Assembly (NCBI GenBank): GCA_964019425.1
Contig: OZ025795.1
Location: forward strand, 1,178,001 to 1,242,000
From: Flectonema sp. DT1601
Lineage: Eukaryota
Length of the DNA stretch: 64,000 nt
Direction: 5' to 3'
Shown here: in pieces, positions 23,291 through 35,622 of the stretch
How the letters are laid out: each line of letters starts with the position of its first letter
Position numbering within the stretch: the first letter of the stretch is position 1
Notes under the pieces: model-generated
What the model was told of the DNA's origin: nothing
What the model saw: the letters and a program-made list of their open reading frames with translations, nothing else
Database searches by the model: none
Program-made: the position numbers and the translations under genes

Positions 23291-25384
23291 ATAAAAAAAA
23301 AAAAATGAAATAACGTTCAGCGACTAGCATGAGTTCATAAAAACTCTACACGTTACTCATTGAGAGGATTACCAGACTACTACACCTGGCAACGAAGAAA
23401 AAAACAAAAAAAAACTAAAACCACTTCACTTCACACTATCAAATTATTGTTTTGTACTCAGGACAGCTGGCCATACTTTTTATGTATACGGTGTGTCTTG
23501 TAGTTCAATTGTTTTTTTTTTCTTCCCCCTACTGGGCTCAGAACGACTGATTCTACCCTAGTGGGTGTACAGTTTGTTTTTGTAGCTTGTTTTCTACCTA
23601 ACAGAGAGATACATATCAGCTCGTTGTGTCAGTTTTTATATTCGGATCGATCTTTGCAGCCCTAAACGGTCGCAATGAGTGATTTCTAAGTTTTTTTTTT
23701 TTTTTTTTTGTTTAAATTTGTGTTGTAATCTGGCTCAGAATAGCTTGTCACACCTAGGTTGTATAGTATACGGCTTATTTTTGATTCTTTTTTTCTTCCC
23801 ACGTTCCCGAACACTGAACACGTGTATCAATAATAATATTTTCTGAGCTCTTTTAGTGCATCTGTCCACTCAGGTGGTAACTTGTTTCTGATAATCAATA
23901 ATTAGCAGGCGAATACTATTAGTACTTCAGTTGTATGGAAGTCTTTGTATAATTCGAGGGAGGAAATGAACAAATTTTCGTTCCACATGTCTTTTTTACT
24001 CATTTTTTTTTTTTTTTTTTTTTTCCACCTTGTTTGCTATACTTTTGTCCCCTTTTTTTTTTTTTTCTTCTTCTTCTTCTTTTATTTTTTATTTAATCGT
24101 TTCCCCCTATTAGAAGTATATCGCTCTCGGCCGTTAATGTGTTCTTGGCTCGGAACAGCTGTTATACCCAAGTTGTATACAGCTTGTTTTGTAGTCCTGT
24201 TTGTTTTTATTTCCAATTTCTCGTTGATCTAATTATTTGTTTCCGTAAAAAATATGTGAATTCCAATTTCAGTGTGATTGCGTTGGTGGTCTCGGGATGG
24301 CTGTTTTGCATAAATTGTGTACGGCCTTCTTTTGATGTCCTTAACTTGTTGAGTTTGTTTCAGTTTCCCATTCCCATCTCCATGTCTTTGGTGGCCAGGG
24401 TTATTTCCCTAACCAACCTTAGTGACAATGGTCGTTTCCTTCTCCCCCTTTTTTTTTTTTGCAAGAAAGGGGTTTTTTGGACTACAGTTTGATTATTTCA
24501 GTGTGTGGTCTCTTTTCTCTTTATCAGGCTACCAGTTAGAATACAGCTTGTTTCAAAGTTATATATTTCTCTTTTTTTTTTTTTTGACCTCTACAGAAAT
24601 ATGAGCAGTGCTGTCCAGAGAAATATTCCGCACTGCACTTATTCGCACTTTTTTTTTCCTCCGCTACAATGATATTTCAATTTTCGGATATCGCAGTCCG
24701 TTGTTAGGTTTTGTGACTCTGAATGACTGCTTACACTCTTGGTAGGTGAACAGCTTGTTTTGAAGTCCTCTATTGGTGTTGTTTTATTGTTTTTATTTGA
24801 CCTCTTTAAAATATAAACAGCTGTTGTTTGGAGAAATATTCTTCACTTCAAAGTTTCACCGTACAATCACTGTTGACGGATTGCAAGGCTACCAGATTGG
24901 ACAACTTCTGGATACTTCTGTTGACATTATTTTAGTTACAGCTACTGTTCTATAATGTAGCTAAATCTGTCATATTTCTCGGCTTAGCCTGAGTACTTTT
25001 TTTTTTTTTTTTTTTTGAGTATTTTTAAAGTTTATTATTGTTTTTCTACATTGTCAAAAACTATCACCTCCTGTTTATACTCATGCTGAGACTAGAAAAC
25101 ACTTCCCCTTCAAACACGGTAATCGTTCGGGTTTTGGGGCTCTGAATGGCTGCTTACACTTTTGGTAGGTGAACAGCTTGTTTTGAAGTCCTCTGTTTTT
25201 TTATTTTTCTGTGATATCAAGTTGTAGATTCGGATACCCCCTTTTCAAAAAAAAAAATCGAAAAAAAAAAAATAACAAAAGTGTTCTGGGCTAAAGATGG
25301 CTGGGTATACCTACCATTTGGTATACAGCTTGTTTTTTAGTAGTCAGGTCGTGTCTGTTACTTCTTATTCCATTATCCTCCTCC

Positions 25385-25415
<31 letters not shown>

Positions 25416-26096
25416 GCTTGATAAAAGTAACTATTATTTTTAAGAAGAAAGTATGGTTTTTATTTTTTTTGTATGAAAAGAATGTTGGGCAGCAAATTGG
25501 AATTATTTCTAGCTCGCACAGTCTGACCAGATTTATTGTTTCAGTTTGCAAACAAATTCGAATTTGTGTTGTTACTATTTTTGCTCCGCACGGTGAAGCA
25601 AATAGCCCTTGAATACACTAACAGGCAAAGTAATGCAAAAAAAAAAAAAAGAACTCCTACTGTAGCAGCATATTTAAAAAAAAAAAAAAAAAAAAAAAGA
25701 AAAAGTGAATTTCCGAGTGGATTTTGTTGTGTTTTTTTTTCTTTTTATTCCCCCAATTTTTTTTTGTGACTTCGATAAAAAATAAATTAATTAATGAAAG
25801 AGACATTTGATTATGGACCAATCAAGATTACTATTTCTGTTTAGCGTTGAGACCTGAGTGTATTGACTAAGGAATAGTTGTTTCTTCTCGTCTGACTATC
25901 AAATAACATTGAGCAAACCTCGTACTCAATAACAACTCAGAGGGTGGTATGACATATCAGGTTAGCAATGGAAGAACATGAATTTTCTTCTTCTTCTTCT
26001 TTTTTTTTTTTTTTGAATTTTTTTTTTAAAAATTCTTTTTATTACCCCCCACCAGAACAACAACGACTACCCAAATATGACTATCAAGGGTCTTCT

Positions 26097-26264
26097 GGTC
26101 AGTAAGACAAAAAAAAATATAGTTTTCTCTTTTTTATGTTTTCTTTTTTTCAAACGTAATTTTTCTTTGATTAACAACTACAAATATTCTTTCAGTCAAG
26201 TACTTGATATTAATTTTGTTATTAATACCTAAAGTTGTTACTGTTTTTACATTGTCAAAGTTTC
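26097..26264 (+). mobile_element. Short insertion flanked by a ~52-bp duplication; related copy 57260-57346 with a 20-bp duplication
   Basis: Shared CAACTACAAATAT..TCAGTCAAGTACT...AATACCTAAAGTTGTT...CATTGTCAAAG(T/A)TTCA. Direct repeats at 26044-26096/26265-26316 and 57240-57259/57347-57366. Confidence 0.75.
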
Positions 26265-26296
26265 ACCCCCACCAGAACAACAACGACTTACCAAAT

Positions 26297-27013
26297 ATGA
26301 CTATCAAGGGTCTTCTTTTGGACATGGATGGTGTTTTAGCTGAAGTAAAGCTATCTTACCGGACGTGCATTATCGAAACAGCCAAGTCCTACGGTGTTAC
26401 GGTAACAGGAGATGACGTCGTAGCAGCTAAAAAACAAGGAAATTCGAATAACGACTGGGTTCTAACCAGGCGACTAGTAAAAGAAAAGGGAGGAGGAAAT
26501 CCTTCTTTGGAAGAAGTGACGAAGAGATTCGATGATTTGTATCAAAAATTATGTCTTTTAGAAACACTGATCCCCGAAATCGGACTTATTGAGGAACTAC
26601 ACCATCGAGTGAATGGCAACATCGCTATTGTTACTGGTAGACCCAGGAGTGATTGTTTAGTCTTTTTAAAAAGATTCAATTTGGAAAAATATGTTTCAGT
26701 CACTGTCTGTATGGATGACGGACCTCCAAAACCAGATCCCTTCCCAGTTGCTGAGGCATGCAGACAATTAAATATCCCACCTTCAGCATGTCTCATGGTG
26801 GGGGATACCCCTGATGATATCAAGTCAGCTGTTGCTGCGGGTGCTATTGGAATCGGTGTTTTACTACCAGATGATCACTCAAAAGTAACACTTGGTCAAA
26901 CATCTCTATCAGAATTAGCAATGGTTCAGGGAATGAAGTCATCAGGAGTGCACACTATTTTATCCCCAGGAATGGCTGGGTTATTAAATCTTATTCCGAG
27001 ACCGAAGATGTGA
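26297..27013 (+). CDS. HAD-superfamily IA phosphatase (TIGR01548-like, putative histidinol-phosphatase)
   Basis: LLLDMDGV, NNDW, VTGRP, KPDP, MVGDTPDD motifs. Confidence 0.88.
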   Translation: MTIKGLLLDMDGVLAEVKLSYRTCIIETAKSYGVTVTGDDVVAAKKQGNSNNDWVLTRRLVKEKGGGNPSLEEVTKRFDDLYQKLCLLETLIPEIGLIEELHHRVNGNIAIVTGRPRSDCLVFLKRFNLEKYVSVTVCMDDGPPKPDPFPVAEACRQLNIPPSACLMVGDTPDDIKSAVAAGAIGIGVLLPDDHSKVTLGQTSLSELAMVQGMKSSGVHTILSPGMAGLLNLIPRPKM

Positions 27014-27908
27014 TATCACCATCATGTTGCTGTATGGTCATGTGACTTTATTATAAACACATCGAACGGGGACGGTAAACCCTACTGAAGGTTCGAGTTA
27101 GGATTTTAACCACCTGGACCCTAACTTGAACCTTTTTAGTAGAAATTGTTTTATTTATTCTAAGATGTTGCACAACTTCATGATTGAGCGCCTACATGTA
27201 ACCAATCCCTTTTTTTTTTTTGCACCGACGAAGTCAGAGAAGAAACTATTCAGATATAAGAGCCGTTTTATTAATTATGTTATTTATCTATTTTCCCTGT
27301 GCGCCGGTAATACTGTCTGCGATCAACAAAATATGAGGCTTTGTTCTGAATGGTTTTTTTTTTTTTTGTGGCTTTTTAATTGAAAAAAAAAAAAAAAAAA
27401 AAACATCTGGTTGAGCGCGAATTGTTTATAACATCGAAGATAATTATTGTGAACAAAAGGAATCAATTTTATTTCCTTCTTTTTTCCTTTTTTCTGTTTT
27501 GACTTCAGAATCGTTTCACGAGTCACTAAGACACCATCGAAACATACATACTTCTCGCGTTTACCTTTTTTTTTCCCCCCTATTGTGTGTACAGGTTTAT
27601 TTTTAAAAAAAACCACATTATTTCTGATAGTTTCTGAGACGTATCAAAAGTTTTACGTTTGTCGTTTTTTTTCAAAGCTGTTTTGTGCAGCCTTATGGAA
27701 TAAGGTCTTGTTTTATAAGTTTGGAACTAATTTTTTATTCAACACAGGATGGATAATAATTAACCATAAGTCATTAAGAAACAACCCAGAGAACTCCATT
27801 GTTTTTCTTAAAGGTAGGGAGAGGGCAGCAGCAATTATCTCACATTATTTTTTCAAAAAGTAAAAGGGAAAAAGACTGGAAAGAAAAAATAACAATAATA
27901 AAAATAAA

Positions 27909-29387
27909 ATGGGAAAATATTTTACGATACGAGCGCAGTCATTCGATGATGTTTCTATTCTCACGGAGGAAACAAAAATAAACCCTCTTCGGAAAACTGA
28001 ACGTCCTCACACCCTTCCTGTCGGAGGTCTGGTAGCAAACAACAGACCAAAATCAATAGCGGAATACTACATTGAAAATATATGTTCACAAGGTACTAAG
28101 ACTGTAGAGGAAGGTGTTGGAGGAGCAAACGGAACGACAAATTTTCAAACTTTTTTATTAGTTTTTAAATCATTCATCGGAACTGGAGTTTTAGTTCTCC
28201 CAAAAGCATTTGTTAATGGAGGGATCCTCGCATCGTCGTTGTTTATGATATTTGTTGCTGCTCTTAACACTTATGTTATGATAAAACTTGCTCACACAAA
28301 AGATATTTGTGGGGAAACAACCATTCAGGCCATTGGTAGACGTGCTGCTGGATGGCCAATGGAATTGTGGGTTTCGTTCTCAGTTGTTTTTATTCAAATT
28401 TCATGTGGTTGTATGTATTTGATATTTATGGGAACGACATTGAAACAAGTTTTTGAAACACTTTCAGGATGTGAAGATTGGGCTCTTGACGCCCAACCGT
28501 GGATTTATTTTTTATGTTTAATTCCGGTCATCACTCCGTTAGTTTGGATAAGAAATTTAAAATTATTAACAATACCTGCGGTCGCAGCAGACTTTCTCAT
28601 TGTTGGCGGTCTTATCTATATATTCTCTTATGCCACTAAAGAAGTTGCTGAACACGGTGCTAAGGAAGTATCGTTACTAAACCAAAGTGATTTTCCGATT
28701 TTTTTAGGAACAGCGTTGTTTTCATTTGAAGGAGTCTGTTTGGTTCTTCCCATTAAAAATGCAATGCAAAATCCCATGGATTACCCCAAAGTATTGGGGT
28801 CTGTCATGGTAATATTAGCTTTTCTGTATACGTCTTTTGCTGTGATTAATTACTTAGCATTTGGTAAGGGAATGGAGACGGCTATCTTATTATCTCTACC
28901 GAGTAATTCAATTCCAGTGCTCTGCGTACAATTGGGATATGTGATAGCGATAGGGTTGACATTTCCATTGCAATTCTTTCCTGCAGTGCAATTACTTGAA
29001 AACTTGCTGTGGAAACCTCCTCAGATTATTTCATCTTCCGATGTTTCTGTTGATGACCAACGTAATCTCCATTGTCAATATTATAAAGAAAACTTATTTA
29101 GATTTTTTTTAACGTGTCTTGCCTCTGCTATTGCCGCAGGTGGAGAAACGAATTTCGATCATTTCACAGCTCTGGGAGGAGGTTTGTGTAGTATGCCGCT
29201 GTTGTTTGTTTTTCCTCCGTTGTTTCATTTACTGTTGGTACCAAACTTATCAACTACTGAAAAGGTAATTGACATCGCAATTACCACATTGGGGTTGATA
29301 CTCACAATAGGAACAACAACAATGACCATCGCTGATTGGATTAAAGGACACTCAGATAATGTTGATAACCCGTGTGTTCCTATTTAG
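27909..29387 (+). CDS. Amino acid transporter, AAAP/SLC36-like (Aa_trans)
   Basis: FKSFIGTGVLVLPKAFVNGG, GTALFSFEG..LVLPIKNAM, TFPLQFFP, ~11 TM segments. Confidence 0.93.
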   Translation: MGKYFTIRAQSFDDVSILTEETKINPLRKTERPHTLPVGGLVANNRPKSIAEYYIENICSQGTKTVEEGVGGANGTTNFQTFLLVFKSFIGTGVLVLPKAFVNGGILASSLFMIFVAALNTYVMIKLAHTKDICGETTIQAIGRRAAGWPMELWVSFSVVFIQISCGCMYLIFMGTTLKQVFETLSGCEDWALDAQPWIYFLCLIPVITPLVWIRNLKLLTIPAVAADFLIVGGLIYIFSYATKEVAEHGAKEVSLLNQSDFPIFLGTALFSFEGVCLVLPIKNAMQNPMDYPKVLGSVMVILAFLYTSFAVINYLAFGKGMETAILLSLPSNSIPVLCVQLGYVIAIGLTFPLQFFPAVQLLENLLWKPPQIISSSDVSVDDQRNLHCQYYKENLFRFFLTCLASAIAAGGETNFDHFTALGGGLCSMPLLFVFPPLFHLLLVPNLSTTEKVIDIAITTLGLILTIGTTTMTIADWIKGHSDNVDNPCVPI

Positions 29388-30851
29388 TTCGGGTATTTCT
29401 TTTCTTTTCAGGTTAGTTTCTTTTTTCCTTTAAAAAACTTGTGTATTATGTTAATACCGTTGTTGTATCATCGAGAAATTAAGATCTGATTAAACGTGTT
29501 GTTTTCTTTTCTTTTTTGTTTTTTTAAAAAAAAAAAAAGAAGAAGAAAAAAACCCGTTGAGGCTGGACATATAACTTTCCTGCCTTGTGAAAGAAGGATG
29601 CTTTTGTCTTTATTTGGCCGCGTGTTTTCTTGCATGTTAATTCCAGATTTTGAACTTGTTGAGAACACGGATACGAGCGTGAATAATGATTGACTACACC
29701 GCATTGTAATCAGACTGGGAAATCGTTAGGAGCGGTCAAAAGCTTCGACACATTCTGAAGTCTGTTTTTTTTTATTTTCTTCTTTTAAATTATTATTCTT
29801 ATATCGAATTTGTGTTTTTCCCGTTATATTTGTTGTGCCATGTGCTGGAGTAGGGCTACTTCTTTTATTTGGTAGTGGTTTTTTACTTCTACGACGTGTG
29901 TTGTGTGATTGGTAATTTCTTTTTTTTTTTTTTTTCCACTTTATATCTCTCTCTCCTTTTTCTTCTTATAACATAACAGGCCGCCCCGTCAGCCTAAGCT
30001 ATCATAATAATCCTTAATAAGATTGAGTTTACTTACGTTACTGTTGTCCTCGTAACTCTATTAATGTTAACCTGACGCTCATTAGTTTGCTGTATCGGCG
30101 ATGAGCAATAAGTAATGTGTTGGACTTTCTTATCTATCTGTGTGACGGTTGTTTGTTATCTTGATGTGGATGTTGGACAAATTCATTTTTACCCCAAAAA
30201 AAAAGAAAATACTTTGTTACAGAAAACGATCTGACCGGAGAAGAAATCTCCCACAAGGAGGGATCTCAGTCTTGATGCTGTTGTTTGTTTTTTATCGCAA
30301 CTGCTTTGCTTGGCAAATGAACAACAGGTAGCCAGGAAAAAAAAAAAACAAAAAAAAAAAAACGTAAAAACAGCCAATTGTTGTCTTCAGCTGTTTGCCC
30401 AGGGGATGGGTTTCATTTCTATTCGGCTTGGCTTTTATGAAAGTAGCGTAGTTTCCTTATAATTATGTTGCTCGTGCTTCTCATTTGGCACCTTCAATAC
30501 CAACGAACACTACTGAATTAACCTTCCTTTATATTAACTTGGATGGGTAATATAGTGGTGTTCAAAAGGTATTTTTTTTTTTTTTTTTTTTTTTTCCCAT
30601 TCTGTGTAATCTTTTCAGTTAATAAAATGCGACCTGCTATTTTTTTCTTTCATCGTCATATTGAAGAACGCTTTCTGTAAACGGGGAGAGAGCTTCTACG
30701 TGATAGCTTGTTGTAATATCCCCTTCACGGTATCAGAATACTATTAATCCTTAGTGAAGGTAACATTGACAGAACACGTCATCCACAGCTTTAACGGATT
30801 TCGATTTCGAACACATGTGAGATTCATAAAAAAAGATTATTGTTTCAGAAT

Positions 30852-31127
30852 ATGGGAGGGGAACACATTTCAGATGAAGGCTCACTCGAGGAATTGAGTC
30901 AACAAGTTGTAAACAACGTTTTAAATGAGGCTGAACAAACTTCTAATGGCACTACACCAAGAGAAGAAAGTGAAGGCAACGCTGAGTCTCTAACAGCTTT
31001 GTCAGAAGTTGCTGCGATGATGATGGGACCTGTAGAGGTTTGCGAGCAGTGCAATAAACAAATCGCATCAAATATGATCGATGATCACAAAAGAGTTTGG
31101 TGCACTGCTATCAACTCATCGTGGTAA
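30852..31127 (+). CDS. Small acidic protein with C-terminal C2HC zinc-finger-like motif
   Basis: CEQCNKQIASNMIDDHKRVWC. ATG follows TTTCAG. Confidence 0.55.
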   Translation: MGGEHISDEGSLEELSQQVVNNVLNEAEQTSNGTTPREESEGNAESLTALSEVAAMMMGPVEVCEQCNKQIASNMIDDHKRVWCTAINSSW

Positions 31128-31352
31128 TTACTTTATGTGATATTTGAAATGTTATTCACTCGGATAAAAGATTTCCAACAGTTAACATGATAGAGGATGG
31201 TGTATGTGTCTCTTAAGGGGTTTTTTCTTTTTTTTTTTTAATTCTTCCCCGATCCTTGATCAGTAAGGACATTCTGGTTAAGTGATCTGAACACACTGTA
31301 AGATGATTTGATTTATTTATATCTCCACCCAAATAGGTTACAACATAAAGAC

Positions 31353-31763
31353 ATGGCAATCGAATTAGTTGCACCACTTCCCTTCCTTCAAGATCTTGTA
31401 GGAAAACATGTCGTAGCAAAATTAAAATGGGGACATGAATACCGAGGATTACTAGCCGCAGTAGATGCGTACATGAACTTGCAACTTGCCAAGTATGTAT
31501 TTGAGGGCAACCCTGATATGGAATTATAAATATAAAATAAAATAAATAATCTCAACCAACACAGGTGTGAAGAATGGAGCGCTGGAACTATGGCTGGTCA
31601 CCTTGGTGATGTTCTCATTAGGTATGTTGGAAGAGTAGGTTTCAAACCTTTCAATTTGCTTTAAATATAATAAAACAAACAACTCAACAGATGCAACAAC
31701 ATTTTATACGTCAGAGGTCTTCCTGAAGACGAAGACATCGATGCCAAGGACGAAGAGGATTAA
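31353..31763 (+). CDS. SmF: Spliceosomal Sm protein F, 3 exons (introns 31493-31564, 31622-31690)
   Basis: Spliced product [25 protein letters not shown]...[14 protein letters not shown]...[15 protein letters not shown]. Both introns are GTATGT...CAG. Confidence 0.95.
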
Positions 31764-32279
31764 ATAACAGCAGCTTGATCGTAGCGGCTGTCTTACTGTT
31801 CGCTCTAGTGAAACAGAGCACACACTGCACAGCAGTGTATGTATTTAATCAGAAGTACTGTTGATGGAAGACATTACTTTCTTATCGATGACTAGCACAC
31901 ATTATATTATCAAATATCTATTTGAGCTGTATCGATTCACTCTTTCTTAATGAATACCTTTAGTTGATAGTTTTCTAACAGCCGTGTGAGCCAACCCAGC
32001 ACCTCGTGGTCATGGCAAGATGGAAAGGTTGAGGGGAAAAAAAAAAAAAAAAAAAAAAAAAAAGAAGTAATCAGTGTAACCCTTCTATGCGGAGGGCGTC
32101 TCAGTTAGTTGATGTCATTTCATGTGATTGTTTGAAATTATCTAATTCTTATTACAGTCTGAAAGAAAAAGGAATGCTGTGAATGGAGGGACTTGAAGTA
32201 AAGTACATTTAGAATTCCAATCAGTTGTTTAATTCTAACTACCTTTCAGTACCCCTCCCCTACCCTCTCACATGTTGAT

Positions 32280-34224
32280 ATGAGTGAGAGGAACATTCCG
32301 CATCCTCCAGATGTGCCTCCTCGCAAGGCGAGTCTCGGCAATTCAGTCAGCAGAAGGGGACCATTTGGTGATCCACCAGCAAGGGGAGTAGAGAGTGCCC
32401 CGTGTAGTGATTACCGAAAGAGGAATCCAATTTCATTAAAAGGAAGGAAGAAAGCTGTTACATCTCCACCATCATTACCTTCTTACATTCCATCACTTAG
32501 TAATGATGTTGATGAGGAAGTTGAAGTTAGAAAGATGGAAGCCAGGAAGCAACTGGAGGCTGAATTCGGTAGAGCGCTCACAAAGTACGAAGCTCAGGCG
32601 ATAATGATATTTAAAGAATGTGACTTCGAAGAAACAAAATTAAGAAAACAAATCACATCCAGAGAGGGTTCAAAACGACACGAACTCGTTCGCAAATACC
32701 ACATCTCTCCCCTTCTCCAATTCACTGAAAATGACTCCCGCAATGCAATAGAGCGAAGTCAATTATCAAGACGTAGTGACCTTCATAAGGATTACAGCAT
32801 GACGAGTCGCGTTATCAGATTTGCAGCAAATGCACCTCCGCAAATACCCAAAGAGAACACACCACCATCATCCGCTAACAGTATTACTTCTCGATATAAA
32901 AAAACTAAAAAGATACTCGGAAAGGGAGCCTTTGGTACGGTCTACGAGGGATACGATGCTGAAACTGGAAAATATATTGCGATAAAAGAAGTGATCTTCT
33001 CACCTGTTTGTTTAGATAAGAATATTCAAAGAGTAACAGAGGAAGTTAAAGTAATGAAGAAACTAACACATCCTAACATAGTGGAATATGTTGCTGCGGA
33101 GAGACAAGGAGTTGTTCTAAATATTTATATGGAGTTAGTTTCAGGAGGGTCGGTTGCTTCTGCTCTAAGCTACTTAGATGGCGGGTTTCCGGAATCTTCT
33201 GTTCGGATATACACAAAACAGATATGTTGTGGTCTGCAGTACCTCCATGATTCAGGAATCATCCACAGAGATATTAAAGGTGATAACATCCTAATTGATA
33301 AGACTAACGGAGTTGTTAAACTAGCAGACTTCAACAGCAGTAAATCATTAGAAATGTCAATGAATCATGGTATCAAAAGTATAGCGGGAACTCCGTGGTT
33401 TATGGCACCGGAAGTTATCGATCCAACGACTACTTTTTATGGACTTCCTGCTGATATCTGGTCGCTTGGGATTGCAGTTATTGAGATGCTGACAGGCTCA
33501 CCTCCTTTTATAAATGATTTCTCAACACCCGCTAGTGCTATGATCAAAATTGCTGGACTTAAAGACCCTTATCAACTACCGTCGGGACTGAGTGATTGTG
33601 CGGAGGCGTTTCTTTCTTGTTGTTTATTAAGAGATCCTGCTGCTCGTCACACGGTTCTCAAGTTGTCAAAACATGCTTTCGTCTGTTCGTACAACAGCTT
33701 GCAGGGTGTCGATGACGGAAATAGAGCTCCGAAATACCAATTAAAGCCGCTTAGTGTATGTTATTAGTATTGTTTTTTTTTGGGGGGGAGGGAGGGAAGT
33801 ACGTAAATTATGAGGGGAGGAAAAAAAAAAAATCATAACAGCAGACTGTTAACAATCGAAGTTCTGGATATTCAGCTGTCGGATCAAAGCCAAGAGCACC
33901 AACGATTCCAGTGAATACATCATCGTTGGAAGCTTCATTGACAAGCCTTGCAGCAAGTAATAAAGCATCAAAACTCCCAGCGTTGGTATGTTTCGTTCGT
34001 TAAATGTGTTGTTTTGTTGTGTTTGATTGGAATGGTTAAAAATAATAATTTTAACATAGGCATCACCCATCTTTGTACCATCACCTGACATTGATCCTTC
34101 ACCTCGAAGTAGAGATAGAAGAAGGAGATTATTAGAATCAAAACTCATAACTGATCTTGATGGGGATAGGAGTTTACCCACCAGTAGTCTTCAAACAATT
34201 CATCTATCTTCAGTGAGGTCCTAG
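32280..34224 (+). CDS. STE11/MEKK-type MAP3K Ser/Thr kinase; two 3' introns predicted (33756-33841/33844, 33986-34059)
   Basis: LGKGAFGTVY, AIKEV, MELVSGGS, HRDIKGDN, GTPWFMAPEV. Phase-0 GTATGT...AG introns extend the frame to TAG 34224. Confidence 0.88.
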
Positions 34225-35622
34225 TTGATTGGTTCTATATTTTCGCGCATAAAACAGTTCAGCTAGCTGTATGAGGGGAAAGAAAACAATTCAGATAAGC
34301 CTTTCATCATTATCCTCTTCCCAGTATTTAAGGAGTGTTTTTGATCGATATCAGTCATTTTCTTTTGTTGATCGCAGACAGTAATACTGGAGGTACAAAG
34401 GGGGGGAAATAAATGATATTTGAAATAATAAATAAACGGCTCTTAATTTGAATACTTCTTAACTCTCAGAAGTATCATTCGGAATTTTTTTTTTTTTTTT
34501 TTTTTTTTTAATTCTTTTTGTCTGTCGGTAAAGGATACATTAAGTCCACCTTGTTGTCTTCAAGGGGACTCATTTCTGTTTTCTGGTAAGTTATGTTTAC
34601 GCACAAACACCTAATTGAGATTTATCAATTTTTTTTTTAAAAAATAATAATAATAAGCAACGATTTAACCTTGTAACCGACCGAAAGGCTTTTGCAGGGT
34701 ACTTCGGGCGACTATTTATATTAATTACAAGCATCTTATTTAATCATTTTTTTTTTTTTTTTTTTTTTTTTTTCCCTCTTAAGTCGATTCGATTTTTTCG
34801 TTTGGTGATGTCACTTAATGAGGAACCCATTAAGAAACATTTCTTTTTTATTTATTCCTTTTTTTTTTTTGCTATGAATAATAAGAGAAACTTATGGCAT
34901 GTCACTTCTCCTCTCTCTTTCACAGAGAATGTTACGATCCATGTGTTCATGTTGTCTTTTTTTTTTGTTATTCATTGGCACTGCACCAAAATAGAATAAA
35001 ATAAAAATAAATAAATAAAATCGTTTCCCTAAAAATAGTCTGCATCCGCTAACTAAATAACTCTTGTGAGGATAATTTGATTATAGTTTTAGGCTTGTTT
35101 ATAATTTGTTAAGGAATTTATGTTCCTTTCTTTTTTTTTCTTTTTTTTTTTCATTGTTCGTAGTGCTGGGTATATTACACAAGCACTGCTGAGTGAGAAA
35201 AATTCCATTTTTTTTTTTTTTTTTTTTTTTACTTCTGGAAACCAAAGTACGTTGCCTACCCTACGATCCCGTTTTTGTTTATTGAAAAAAAACAAAAAAA
35301 AACAGTCAGTTTGCGAAAATCTTTTTTTTTAAATTTATTCCTGTTGGTAGCCGTTTCGTTGATAAGAATCTCAGTATTGAAAAAAAAAAAAAAAAAAAAA
35401 AAAAAAAGACGCGCGATTTAAGATTTTTTTTTTTTTTTTGAACAGAATTATTTGTTTCTTAAAAAAGCAGGAGTTGGGCTCATCGATGAAGACGGTTACC
35501 TTTCCTGACATCATAGTAAACGAGATGTTTCATACCCTGAAAAAGCAACGTCTACTTATGTTGAGGTATTTTTTTGTTTGTGTAAAGGTTGAGGTCCTCC
35601 TCTCTCTCCTTCCCTAAATAAA

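Noticed and set aside
26228..26254. Spliced-leader relic (GTTACTGTTTTTACATTG vs euglenozoan ...GTTTCTGTACT.TATTG)
   Set aside because: Similarity is weak, and the shared repeat continues past the would-be SL 3' end in all copies.
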